The position numbers and the translations under genes are program-made. Shown in pieces: positions 49,919 through 62,000 of a DNA stretch of 64,000 nt. The stretch's first letter is position 1, and each line of letters begins with the position of its first letter. This stretch comes from Yuukianura sp. NJ FZ-2021 (taxonomy: Eukaryota). The stretch lies in assembly GCA_046563655.1 (NCBI GenBank), contig CM102283.1:4774001-4838000 (forward strand). The letters run 5' to 3'. The notes beneath the pieces are model-generated. The model made no database searches, was not told the DNA's origin, and saw nothing but the letters and a program-made list of their open reading frames with translations.

Positions 49919-50131
49919 AACTTGCACAGGATAGAGTAGGAAGGCTACCATCTAAGGCACTGTCCAATTCCCACACCTCTATCCTTGGCGGTTGGGAGTG
50001 GGACTGTTCCCAAACGCCACATCACCCGCCCCTCAAGCTCCCTCACGGCGCCGCCTGCCTCGGGGCACCAAATGTGAGATTCAGGGCTCACATAGCTTGA
50101 GAGACAAAGGATGATAGTGCAGAAAAAATAA

Positions 50132-50206
50132 GTGACCGAGTGGGATTCGAACCCACGTCTTTCTCCAATCCGGGGAGACTGCACTGCCCTTATGCTACCA
50201 GGCCAC
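50132..50206 (-). ncRNA. tRNA-like Pol III cassette in TRIM 5' LTR
   Basis: Identical to 49844-49918. Confidence 0.8.
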
Positions 50207-52412
50207 AACTTGCACAGGATAGAGTAGGAAGGCTACCATCTAAGGCACTGTCCAATTCCCACACCTCTATCCTTGGCGGTTGGGAGTGGGACTGTTCCCA
50301 AACGCCACACCAACCAAATTTGGTTTCCTCAGCCACGGGCATTGACGAAGAATACTCCAGTTTTCTCCCAGTTTTTAGAGAAGCCACAAATTCTGCCCCG
50401 ATGAGAATATCAATTTCTCCAGGCTCCAGAAATTGTGGATCTGCCAACATTAACTCTTTAATGTGTGGCCACTCTGTGGATTCACATTTGAAGGACGGTA
50501 TGGTACCTGTAATCCTAGGGAGAACTAGGGCATTAACATCAAGTGAATAATTAGTTATCCTTGAACTGACTGAAAATGTAGTTTCCCCCATAGCTTTACC
50601 AAGCTTGGTACCAGAGATCCCAGTGATGATTATGTTTGATTTGGTTTTGGTGAGTCCTAGTCTTCTCAAACATCGATCCGTAATCATGCTAGACTCGGAT
50701 CCCTGATCAAGAAGTACCCGACATGGTTGGAACTCACCAAGTGAGTCTCTGACGTCTACCACCGCGGTGGAGAGTAAGACTCTGGAAGAAGAAGAGTGAT
50801 TTGAAGTTATTGTTTGCGCCTGCGCAGTGATGTGCGAGGCCTCGACTCGTGATTCTCCGGATTTCTCGAAGTGCAGAGCAGTGTGGTGACGTTTGTTGCA
50901 CTTCTGACAATTGAATTTCCCCTTGCACTGCTTCTCTGAGTGGTTAGGTTTGAGACAATTGAAGCATAATTGTTTTGAACGGACGAACTTTACCCTCTCG
51001 TCCACCGACAAATTTAGGAATTGGTCACAGCGGTAAAGCCCATGTTCCATAGAGTCGCATGCGGGACATTTCCGTTGTGGTCGATTCGGATCTCTCGGTG
51101 GCTGTGATTGGCTCCATTGTGGTAATTGACTGACGGGCTGTGACTGACTCGAACTTGGTTGAGATTGATTTGATCGTTGTGGTTGTGTCACAGGCTGGGA
51201 TGAAACGTTTGACTTTTTCTCGTGCGCTTTGCTTCCTTCTGCTGCGGAAGGCTTGCTGGTGGCCGTAGAAGAAGCCAAAAGTCCCCGTAAGTAGTCCTCT
51301 AGGAATTCAATTGTTTCTGTGAATTTCGGAACTTCTGTCCCTTTCAGGGATTTAGCCCACTCCCTCTTGATTTCGGATGAAAGTCGCTCAATCAGATGGA
51401 ACACAAGTATAGAGTCCCAAGTGTTGACTGGTTCTTTGAGTGTAGCTAAGGACCTGAAAGACTCATTGAATGTGTCAATTAACTTCCTCAATTGTTGAGG
51501 ACTCTCACTACTCATCGCTTTGAAACTTAACAGTTTCCTCAGAATAGAAAACACAATCTCCCTCTTATTTTCATACCTCGATGTGATCAGTTTCCATGCC
51601 TCTTCGAAATTACCGTTAGTATTGTTGAAGTTTTTGATGATGTTCTCGGCCTCACCCTTTAATGTAGGTTTCAAGTAGCCGAGTTTCTCTCCTCCGGTCA
51701 GTTCACTGTTTTTGACGATGTAAGTAGTAATTAGATCTCTGTAGGAAAGCCAATCCTCGTATTTTCCGTCAAAAGTTGGAAGCTGCAGTTTTGGCAAGTT
51801 GACTTTCCGTTTGGTGCTGGAATTGCCGACTTCTGCTTCTACAGAGCTCAAGACAATGTTGATAGCATCAAGTAATTCATTGATCACGTTGAGCGCTGTA
51901 GCCTGTTCAGTGACTTCTTTTTCGTTACTGCATGCAGCGAAAATCTCCGAACTCAACTCGGCAAGTGTTGACTCGTACTTTTCTAGTTTCCTCCGATCAG
52001 CAGCAACAGCAGGAGCAGTAGCCTTGTCGGGATCCTGCTTATACTCTTTGATTTTGTTAAAAAGGAATTTGATGTTGACTTCTAACCCCTTGACTTGCAT
52101 CCTCAGACGGGACTTGACCTCTGGAGTCTGCGCCATGGCCGCCTTACTCGACGATGGAGCAGGTCTGTCTCTGGTAGCTGTTGGAATTTCAACTGTACTT
52201 GCAGTCGACTGGGTATCGTTTGTCTCCTCTGTCTCGTCTGATTGCGATTTCGTTTTGTTTTTACTCGCTGCTCGGGTTTCCATTTGCTAAGCACTCACAA
52301 CAACTCGCACGAATAGTTATAACACCCTTTAACTCATGTAAGTAGGGTCAATTGATATATTAACTTGATATGAAGTTACCAGATTACCAAGTTAAACTGT
52401 CTTTCGGCACCA

Positions 52413-52807
52413 TGATCTGGATGGAAGGGCAAATCCTAACTTTCGTAACGAGTTGAATTGAAAATGATGATGAATGAATGAAGAGATGAAGTGGAATTGG
52501 AGTGGAAACTGATTTGACTTGTAATTGCCAATACTTATTATTTTATTACTTAACTAAAAACAAGCAGTTACATTTTTTACTCTGTGTTGTTTGTATGGAG
52601 TTGTTGCTTGTAATAAGGTTGAATCGCGACTCTCTTGTATGCTTGTGTTTTTCTTATGACTAAGAAAAGACTCTATTTACGTTTTGTATGTGAAAAAGCT
52701 AACCGACAAAAGTTACTATTTTTAGAATTTGAAAAGAAGAAGCGTCAGCGCGCTTTTTACCTAGAATTATTAAAATAAAAATAATTTCTGGCAGAACTGC
52801 CAGAACA
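52413..52807 (-). repeat. BEL/Pao 5' LTR (395 bp)
   Basis: Direct repeat of 45514-45905, adjacent to the PBS. Confidence 0.95.
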
Positions 52808-55800
52808 TCAACTAAGGTCTGATTGAATCCTGAGGAACGGAATTGTGCCAAGATAGCAATTTTAATTTGACGCTATGGAGACAGACTACAAAAATAGGGA
52901 CATTTGTCTAGTTTGAGGATCTTCAAGTGGTTTTTGAAACCAGTGTTGTTGAAAATATTTTTCAACTAAGGTCTGATTGAATCCTGAGGAACGAAATTGT
53001 GCCAAGATAGCAATTTTAATTTAACGCTATGGAGACAGACTACAAAAATAGGGACATTTGTCTGGTTTGAGGATCTTCAAGTGGTTTTTTGAAACCAGTG
53101 TTGTTGAAAATATTTTTCAACTAAGGTCTGATTGAATCCTGAGGAACGGAATTGTGCCAAGATAGCAATTTTAATTTGACGCTATGGAGACAGACTACAA
53201 AAATAGGGACATTTGTCTGGTTTGAGGATCTTCAAGTGGTTTTTTGAAACCAGTGTTGTTGAAAATATTTTTCAACTAAGGTCTGATTGAATCCTGAGGA
53301 ACGGAATTGTGCCAAGATAGCAATTTTAATTTGACGCTATGGAGACAGACTACAAAAATAGGGACATTTGTCTAGTTTGAGGATATTCAAGTGGTTTTTT
53401 GAAACCAGTGTTATTGTAAATATTTTTCAACTAAGGTCTGATTGAATCCTGAGGAACGGAATTGTGCCAAGATGGCAATTTTAATTTGACGCTATGGAGA
53501 CAGACTACAAAAATAGGGACATTTGTCTAGTTTGAGGATATTCAAGTGGTTTTTTGAAACCAGTGTTATTGTAAATATTTTTCAACTAAGGTCTGATTGA
53601 ATCCTGAGGAACGGAATTGTGCCAAGATAGCAATTTTAATTTGACGCTATGGAGACAGACTACAAAAATAGGGACATTTGTCTAGTTTGAGGATATTCAA
53701 GTGGTTTTTCGAAACCAGTGTTGTTGAAAATATTTTTCAACTAAGGTCTGATTGAATCCTGAGGAACGGAATTGTGCCAAGATAGCAATTTTAATTTGAC
53801 GCTATGGAGACAGACTACAAAAATAGGGACATTTGTCTAGTTTGAGGATCTTCAAGTGGTTTTTCGAAACCAGTGTTGTTGAAAATATTTTTCAACTAAG
53901 TTCTGATTGAATCCTGAGGAACGGAATTGTACCAAGATAACAATTTTAATTTGACGCTATGGAGACAGACTACAAAAATAGGGACATTTGTCTGGTTTGA
54001 GGATCTTCAAGTGGTTTTTTGAAACCAGTGTTGTTGAAAATATTTTTCAACTAAGGTCTGATTGAATCCTGAGGAACGGAATTGTGCCAAGATAGCAATT
54101 TTAATTTGACGCTATGGAGACAGACTACAAAAATAGGGACTTTTGTCTAGTTTGAGGATCTTCAAGTGGTTTTTCGAAACAACTGTTGTTGAAAATATTT
54201 TTCAACTAAGGTCTGATTGAATCCTGAGGAACGGAATTGTGCCAAGATAGCAATTTTAATTTGACGCTATGCAGACAGACTACAAAAATAGGGACATTTG
54301 TCTAGTTTGAGGATATTCAAGTGGTTTTTTGAAACCAGTGTTATTGTAAATATTTTTCAACTAAGGTCTGATTGAATCCTGAGGAACGGAATTGTGCCAA
54401 GATAGCAATTTTAATTTGACGCTATGGAGACAGACTACAAAAATAGGGACATTTGTCTAGTTTGAGGATATTCAAGTGGTTTTTTGAAACCAGGGTTATT
54501 GTAAATATTTTTCAACTAAGGTCTGATTGAATCCTGAGGAACGGAATTGTGCCAAGATAGCAATTTTAATTTGACGCTATGGAGACAGACTACAAAAATA
54601 GGGACATTTGTCTAGTTTGAGGATATTCAAGTGGTTTTTTGAAACCAGTGTTGTTGAAAATATTTTTCAACTAAGGTCTGATTGAATCCTGAGGAACGGA
54701 ATTGTGCCAAGATAGCAATTTTAATTTGACGCTATGGAGACAGACTACAAAAGTAGGGACATTTGTCTAGTTTGAGGATATTCAAGTGGTTTTTTGAAAC
54801 CAGTGTTGTTGAAAATATTTTTCAACTAAGGTCTGATTGAATCCTGAGGAACGGAATTGTGCCAAGATAACAATTTTAATTTGACGCTATGGAGACAGAC
54901 TACAAAAATAGGGACATTTGTCTAGTTTGAGGATCTTCAAGTGGTTTTTCGAAACCAGTGTTGTTGAAAATATTTTTCAACTAAGGTCTGATTGAATCCT
55001 GAGGAACGGAATTGTACCAAGATAACAATTTTAATTTGACGCTATGGAGACAGACTACAAAAATAGGGACATTTGTCTAGTTTGAGGATCTTCAAGTGGT
55101 TTTTTGAAACCAGTGTTGTTGAAAATATTTTTCAACTAAGGTCTGATTGAATCCTGAGGAACGAAATTGTGCCAAGATAGCAATTTTAATTTAACGCTAT
55201 GGAGACAGACTACAAAAATAGGGACATTTGTCTGGTTTGAGGATCTTCAAGTGGTTTTTTGAAACCAGTGTTGTTGAAAATATTTTTCAACTAAGGTCTG
55301 ATTGAATCCTGAGGAACGGAATTGTACCAAGATAGCAATTTTAATTTGACGCTATGGAGACAGACTACAAAAATAGGGACATTTGTCTAGTTTGAGGATC
55401 TTCAAGTGGTTTTTTGAAACCAGTGTTGTTGAAAATATTTTTCAACTAAGGTCTGATTGAATCCTGAGGAACGAAATTGTGCCAAGATAGCAATTTTAAT
55501 TTAACGCTATGGAGACAGACTACAAAAATAGGAACATTTGTCTGGTTTGAGGATCTTCAAGTGGTTTTTTGAAACCAGTGTTGTTGAAAATATTTTTCAA
55601 CTAAGGTCTGATTGAATCCTGAGGAACGGAATTGTGCCAAGATAGCAATTTTAATTTGACGCTATGGAGACAGACTACAAAAATAGGGACATTTGTCTAG
55701 TTTGAGGATCTTCAAGTGGTTTATTGAAACCAGTGTTGTTGAAAATATTTTTCAACTAAGGTCTGATTGAATCCTGAGGAACGGAATTGCGCCAAGATAG

Positions 55801-56036
55801 CAATTATAATTTGACGCTATGGAAACAGACTACAAAAATAGGGACATTTATCTGGTTTGAGGATCTTCAAGTGGTTTTATGAAACCAGTGTTGTTGAAAA
55901 TATTTTTCAACTAAGGTCTGATTGAATCCTGAGGAACGGAATTGTGCCAAGATAGCAATTTTAATTTGACGCTATGGAGACAGACTACAAAAATAGGGAC
56001 ATTTGTCTGGTTTGAGGATCTTCAAGTGGTTTTTTA

Positions 56037-59000
56037 GGTTTTTTACCTGATTTTTGTACGGTTTTTTGAAACCAGTGTATGTAAAATAAAATTTAAAGAA
56101 AAGTTTCACCTAACATCTGACCCCAGAATCATCGTTGAAAGGATATGAGACTTTTAATAAATTTTCAAATTTTACGCTATAGGGACACGCTATTTGCACA
56201 GAGGCATTTCTGTGGTTTCCTGATTTTTGTACGGTTTTTTGAAACCAGTGTATGTAAAATGAAATTTAAAGAACAGTTTCACCTAACATCTGACCCCAGA
56301 ATCATCGTTGAAAGGATATGAGATTTAATAAATTTTCAAATTTTACGCTATAGGGACACGCTAGTAACACAGGAGCATTTCTGTGGTTTCCTGATTTTTG
56401 TGCGGTTTTTTGAAACCAGTGTATGTAAAATAAAATTTAAAGAAAAGTTTCACCTAACATCTGACCCCAGAATCATCGTTGAAGGGATATGAGACCTTTA
56501 ATAAATTTTCAAATATTACGCTATAGGGACACGCTAGTAACACAGGAGCATTTCTGTGGTTTCCTGACTTTTGTACGGTTTTTTGAAACCAGTGTATGTA
56601 AAAAAAATTTAAAGAAAAGTTTCAATTAACATCTGACCCCAGAATCATCGTTGAAGGGATATAAGACCTTTAATAAATTTTCGAATTTCACGCTATAGAG
56701 ACACGCTATTTACACAGAGACATTTCTGTGGTTTCCTAATTTTTGTGCGGTTTTTTGAAACCAGTGTATGTAAAATAAAATTTAAAGAAAAGTTTCACCT
56801 AACATCTGACCCCAGAATCATCGTTGAAGGGATATGAGACTTTTAATAAATTTTCAAATTTTACGCTATAGGGACACGCTAGTTACACAGAGGCATTTCT
56901 GTGGTTTCCTGATTTTTGTACGGTTTTTTGAAACCAGTGTATGTAAAAAAAATTTAAAGAACAGTTTCACCTAACATCTGACCCCAGAATCATCGTTGAA
57001 AGGATATGAGACTTTTAATAAATTTTCAAATTTTACGCTATAGGGACACGCTAGTAACACAGGAGCATTTCTGTGGTTTCCTGATTTTTGTACGGTTTTT
57101 TGAAACCAGTGTATGTAAAAAAAATTTAAAGAAAAGTTTCACGTCACATCTGACCCCAGAATCATCGTTGAAGGGATATGAGACTTTTAATAAATTTTCA
57201 AATTTTACGCTATAGGGACACGCTAGTAACACAGGAGCATTTCTGTGGTTTCCTGATTTTTGTACGGTTTTTTGAAACCAGTGTATGTAAAATAAAATTT
57301 TTAGAAAAGTTTCACCTAACATCTGACCCCAGAATCATCGTTGAAAGGATATGAGACTTTTAATAAATTTTCAAATTTTACGCTATAGGGACACGCTATT
57401 TACACAGGAGCATTTCTGTGGTTTCCTGATTTTTGTACGGTTTTTTGAAACCAGTGTATGTAAAATAAAATTTAAAGAACAGTTTCACGTCACATCTGAC
57501 CCCAGAATCATCGTTGAAGGGATATGAGACTTTTAATAAATTTTCAAATTTTACGCTATAGGGACACGCTAGTTACACAGAGGCATTTCTGTGGTTTCCT
57601 GATTTTTATACGGTTTTTTGAAACCAGTGTATGTAAAAAAAATTTAAAGAACAGTTTCACCTAACATCTGACCCCAGAATCATCGTTGAAAGGATATGAG
57701 ACTTTTAATAAATTTTCAAATTTTACGCTATAGGGACACGCTAGTAACACAGGAGCATTTCTGTGGTTTCCTGATTTTTGTGCGGTTTTTTGAAACCAGT
57801 GTATGTAAAAAAATTTAAAGAAAAGTTTCACGTCACATCTGACCCCAGAATCATCGTTGAAGGGATATGAGACTTTTAATAAATTTTCAAATTTTACGCT
57901 ATAGGGACACGCTAGTAACACAGGAGCATTTCTGTGGTTTCCTGATTTTTGTACGGTTTTTTGAAACCAGTGTATGTAAAATAAAATTTAAAGAAAAGTT
58001 TCACCTAACATCTGACCCCAGAATCATCGTTGAAAGGATATGAGACTTTTAATAAATTTTCAAATTTTACGCTATAGGGACACGCTAGTTACACAGAGGC
58101 ATTTCTGTGGTTTCCTGATTTTTGTACGGTTTTTTGAAACCAGTGTATGTAAAAAAAATTTAAAGAACAGTTTCACGTCACATCTGACCCCAGAATCATC
58201 GTTGAAGGGATATGAGACTTTTAATAAATTTTCAAATTTTACGCTATAGGGACACGCTAGTAACACAGGAGCATTTCTGTGGTTTCCTGATTTTTGTACG
58301 GTTTTTTGAAACCAGTCTATGTAAAATAAAATTTAAAGAAAAGTTTCACCTAACATCTGACCCCAGAATCATCGTTGAAAGGATATGAGACTTTTAATAA
58401 ATTTTCAAATTTTACGCTATAGGGACACGCTATTTGCACAGAGGCATTTCTGTGGTTTCCTGATTTTTGTACGGTTTTTTGAAACCAGTGTATGTAAAAA
58501 AATTTAAAGAACAGTTTCACCTAACATCTGACCCCAGAATCATCGTTGAAAGGATATGAGACTTTTAATAAATTTTCAAATTTTACGCTATAGGGACACG
58601 CTAGTAACACAGGAGCATTTCTGTGGTTTCCTGATTTTTGTGCGGTTTTTTGAAACCAGTGTATGTAAAATAAAATTTAAAGAAAAGTTTCACCTAACAT
58701 CTGACCCCAGAATCATCGTTGAAGGGATATGAGACTTTTAATAAATTTTCAAATTTTACGCTATAGGGACACGCTATTTACACAGAGACATTTCTGTGGT
58801 TTCCTAATTTTTGTGCGGTTTTTTGAAACCAGTGTATGTAAAATAAAATTTAAAGAAAAGTTTCACCTAACATCTGACCCCAGAATCATCGTTGAAGGGA
58901 TATGAGACTTTTAATAAATTTTCAAATTTTGCGCTATAGGGACACGCTAGTAACACAGGAGCATTTCTGTGGTTTCCTGATTTTTGTACGGTTTTTTGAA

Positions 59001-62000
59001 ACCAGTGTATGTAAAAAAATTTAAAGAAAAGTTTCACGTCACATCTGACCCCAGAATCATCGTTGAAGAGATATGAGACTTTTAATAAATTTTCAAATTT
59101 TACGCTATAGGGACACGCTAGTAGTACAGGAGCATTTCTGTGGTTTCCTGATTTTTGTACGGTTTTTTGAAACCAGTGTATGTAAAAAGGAATTTAAAGA
59201 AAAGTTTCAATTAACATCTGACCCCAGAATCATCGTTGAAGGGATATAAGACCTTTAATAAATTTTCGAATTTCACGCTATAGAGACACGCTAATTACAC
59301 AGAAACATTTCTGTGGTTTCCTAATTTTTGTGCGGTTTTTTGAAACCAGTGTATGTAAAATGAAATTTAAAGAAAAGTTTCACCTAACATCTGACCCCAG
59401 AATCATCGTTGAAGGGATATGAGACTTTTAATAAATTTTCAAATTTTACGTTATAGGGACACGCTATTTGCACAGAGGCATTTCTGTGGTTTCCTGATTT
59501 TTGTACGGTTTTTTGAAACCAGTGTATGTAAAAAAAATTTAAAGAACAGTTTCACCTAACATCTGACCCCAGAATCATCGTTGAAAGGATATGAGACTTT
59601 TAATAAATTTTCAAATTTTACGCTATAGGGACACGCTAGTAACACAGGAGCATTTCTGTGGTTTCCTGATTTTTGTACGGTTTTTTGAAACCAGTGTATG
59701 TAAAAAAAATTTAAAGAACAGTTTTACCTAACATCTGACCCCAGAATCATCGTTGAAAGGATATGAGACTTTTAATAAATTTTCAAATTTTGCGCTATAG
59801 GGACACGCTAGTAATACAGGAGCATTTCTGTGGTTTCCTGATTTTTGTACGGTTTTTTGAAACCAGTGTATGTAAAAAAATTTAAAGAAAAGTTTCACGT
59901 CACATCTGACCCCAGAATCATCGTTGAAGGGATATGAGACTTTTAATAAATTTTCAAATTATACGCTATAGGGACACGCTAGTAACACAGGAGCATTTCT
60001 GTGGTTTCCTGATTTTTGTACGGTTTTTTGAAACCAGTGTATGTAAAATAAAATTTAAAGAAAAGTTTCACCTAACATCTGACCCCAGAATCATCGTTGA
60101 AGGGATATGAGACTTTTAATAAATTTTCAAATTTTACGCTATAGGGACACGCTAGGAACATAGGAGCATTTCTGTGGTTTCCTGATTTTTGTACGGTTTT
60201 TTGAAACCAGTGTATGTAAAATAAAATTTAAAGAAAAGTTTCACCTAACATCTGACCCCAGAATCATCGTTGAAAGGATATGAGACTTTTAATAAATTTT
60301 CAAATTTTACGCTATAGGGACACGCTATTTGCACAGAGGCATTTCTGTGGTTTCCTGATTTTTGTACGGTTTTTTGAAACCAGTGTATGTAAAAAAAATT
60401 TAAAGAACAGTTTCACCTAACATCTGACCCCAGAATCATCGTTGAAGGGATATGAGACTATTAATAAATTTTCAAATTTTACGCTATAGGGACACGCTAT
60501 TTACACAGAGACATTTCTGTGGTTTCCTAATTTTTGTGCGGTTTTTTGAAACCAGTGTATGTAAAATAAAATTTAAAGAAAAGTTTCACCTAACATCTGA
60601 CCCCAGAATCATCGTTGAAGGGATATGAGACTTTTAATAAATTTTCAAATTTTGCGCTATAGGGACACGCTAGTAACACAGGAGCATTTCTGTGGTTTCC
60701 TGATTTTTGTACGGTTTTTTGAAACCAGTGTATGTAAAAAAATTTAAAGAAAAGTTTCACGTCACATCTGACCCCAGAATCATCGTTGAAGAGATATGAG
60801 ACTTTTAATAAATTTTCAAATTTTACGCTATAGGGACACGCTAGTAGTACAGGAGCATTTCTGTGGTTTCCTGATTTTTGTACGGTTTTTTGAAACCAGT
60901 GTATGTAAAAAAATTTAAAGAAAAGTTTCAATTAACATCTGACCCCAGAATCATCGTTGAAGGGATATAAGACCTTTAATAAATTTTCGAATTTCACGCT
61001 ATAGAGACACGCTAATTACACAGAAACATTTCTGTGGTTTCCTAATTTTTGTGCGGTTTTTTGAAACCAGTGTATGTAAAATGAAATTTAAAGAAAAGTT
61101 TCACCTAACATCTGACCCCAGAATCATCGTTGAAGGGATATGAGACTTTTAATAAATTTTCAAATTTTGCGCTATAGGGACACGCTAGTAACACAGGAGC
61201 ATTTCTGTGGTTTCCTGATTTTTGTACGGTTTTTTGAAACCAGTGTATGTAAAAAAATTTAAAGAAAAGTTTCACCTAACATCTGACCCCAGAATCATCG
61301 TTGAAGGGATATGAGACCTTTAATAAATTTTCAAATTTTACGCTATAGGGACACGCTAGTAACACAGGAGCATTTCTGTGGTTTCCTGATTTTTGTACGG
61401 TTTTTTGAAACCAGTGTATGTAAAATAAAATTTTTAGAAAAGTTTCACCTAACATCTGACCCCAGAATCATCGTTGAAAGGATATGAGACTTTTAATAAA
61501 TTTTCAAATTTTACGCTATAGGGACACGCTAGTTACACAGAGGCATTTCTGTGGTTTCCTGATTTTTGTACGGTTTTTTGAAACCAGTGTATGTAAAAAA
61601 AATTTAAAGAACAGTTTCACGTCACATCTGACCCCAGAATCATCGTTGAAGGGATATGAGACTTTTAATAAATTTTCAAATTTTACGCTATAGGGACACG
61701 CTAGTAACACAGGAGCATTTCTGTGGTTTCCTGATTTTTGTACGGTTTTTTGAAACCAGTCTATGTAAAATAAAATTTAAAGAAAAGTTTCACCTAACAT
61801 CTGACCCCAGAATCATCGTTGAAAGGATATGAGACTTTTAATAAATTTTCAAATTTTACGCTATAGGGACACGCTATTTGCACAGAGGCATTTCTGTGGT
61901 TTCCTGATTTTTGTACGGTTTTTTGAAACCAGTGTATGTAAAAAAATTTAAAGAACAGTTTCACCTAACATCTGACCCCAGAATCATCGTTGAAAGGATA

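Larger units (their letters stand above)
49785..50309 (-). mobile_element. TRIM (non-autonomous miniature LTR retrotransposon, 525 bp) with tRNA-like sequence in each LTR
   Basis: Two 237-bp TG..CA repeats (49785-50021, 50073-50309; 1 mismatch seen), 51-bp interior with PBS TGGTGCCCCG and purine tract GAGGGGCGGGTGA; 4-bp TSD CCAA (49781-49784, 50310-50313). Confidence 0.95.
46301..52283 (-). pseudogene. BEL/Pao gag-pol polyprotein (gag, 3 Zn knuckles, protease, RT, RNase H, integrase) disrupted only by the TRIM
   Basis: LPKLQLPTFDG; CPAC..H, CFNC..H, CQKC..HH; LLDQGS; FYVDD; HGFSDGA; GLDYAGPF, SDCGSNF, WEAGV. Removing 525+4 bp restores ETKFGW|VISG and one 5454-nt frame (1817 aa). Confidence 0.95.
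45514..52807 (-). mobile_element. Full-length BEL/Pao LTR retrotransposon
   Basis: TG..CA LTRs at 45514-45905 and 52413-52807; 5-bp TSD TCAAC (45509-45513, 52808-52812); PBS TGGTGCCGAAA (complementary to the tRNA-Phe 3' end) next to the 5' LTR. Confidence 0.97.
27621..56036. repeat. 155-bp satellite array (roughly 85-90 monomers) interrupted by five TE insertions
   Basis: ATCCTGAGG at 27621, 27776, 27931, 28086 ... (period 155), highly homogeneous. Confidence 0.98.

Noticed and set aside
49844-50206. Two functional tRNA genes
   Set aside because: Anticodon loop lacks U33, acceptor stem has a mismatch, and both lie within TRIM LTRs; reported as tRNA-like only.
50190-52283. Separate gag and pol ORFs with a programmed frameshift
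   Set aside because: The break is fully explained by the TRIM insertion with CCAA duplication; the original is a single ORF.
27621-56036. CRISPR-like regular repeat array
   Set aside because: Monomers are contiguous with no unique spacers, there are no cas genes, and the context is eukaryotic; this is satellite DNA.
57006-61710. ORFs in the 173-bp array
   Set aside because: Repeat-derived, appearing only where A-tract length variation opens a frame.
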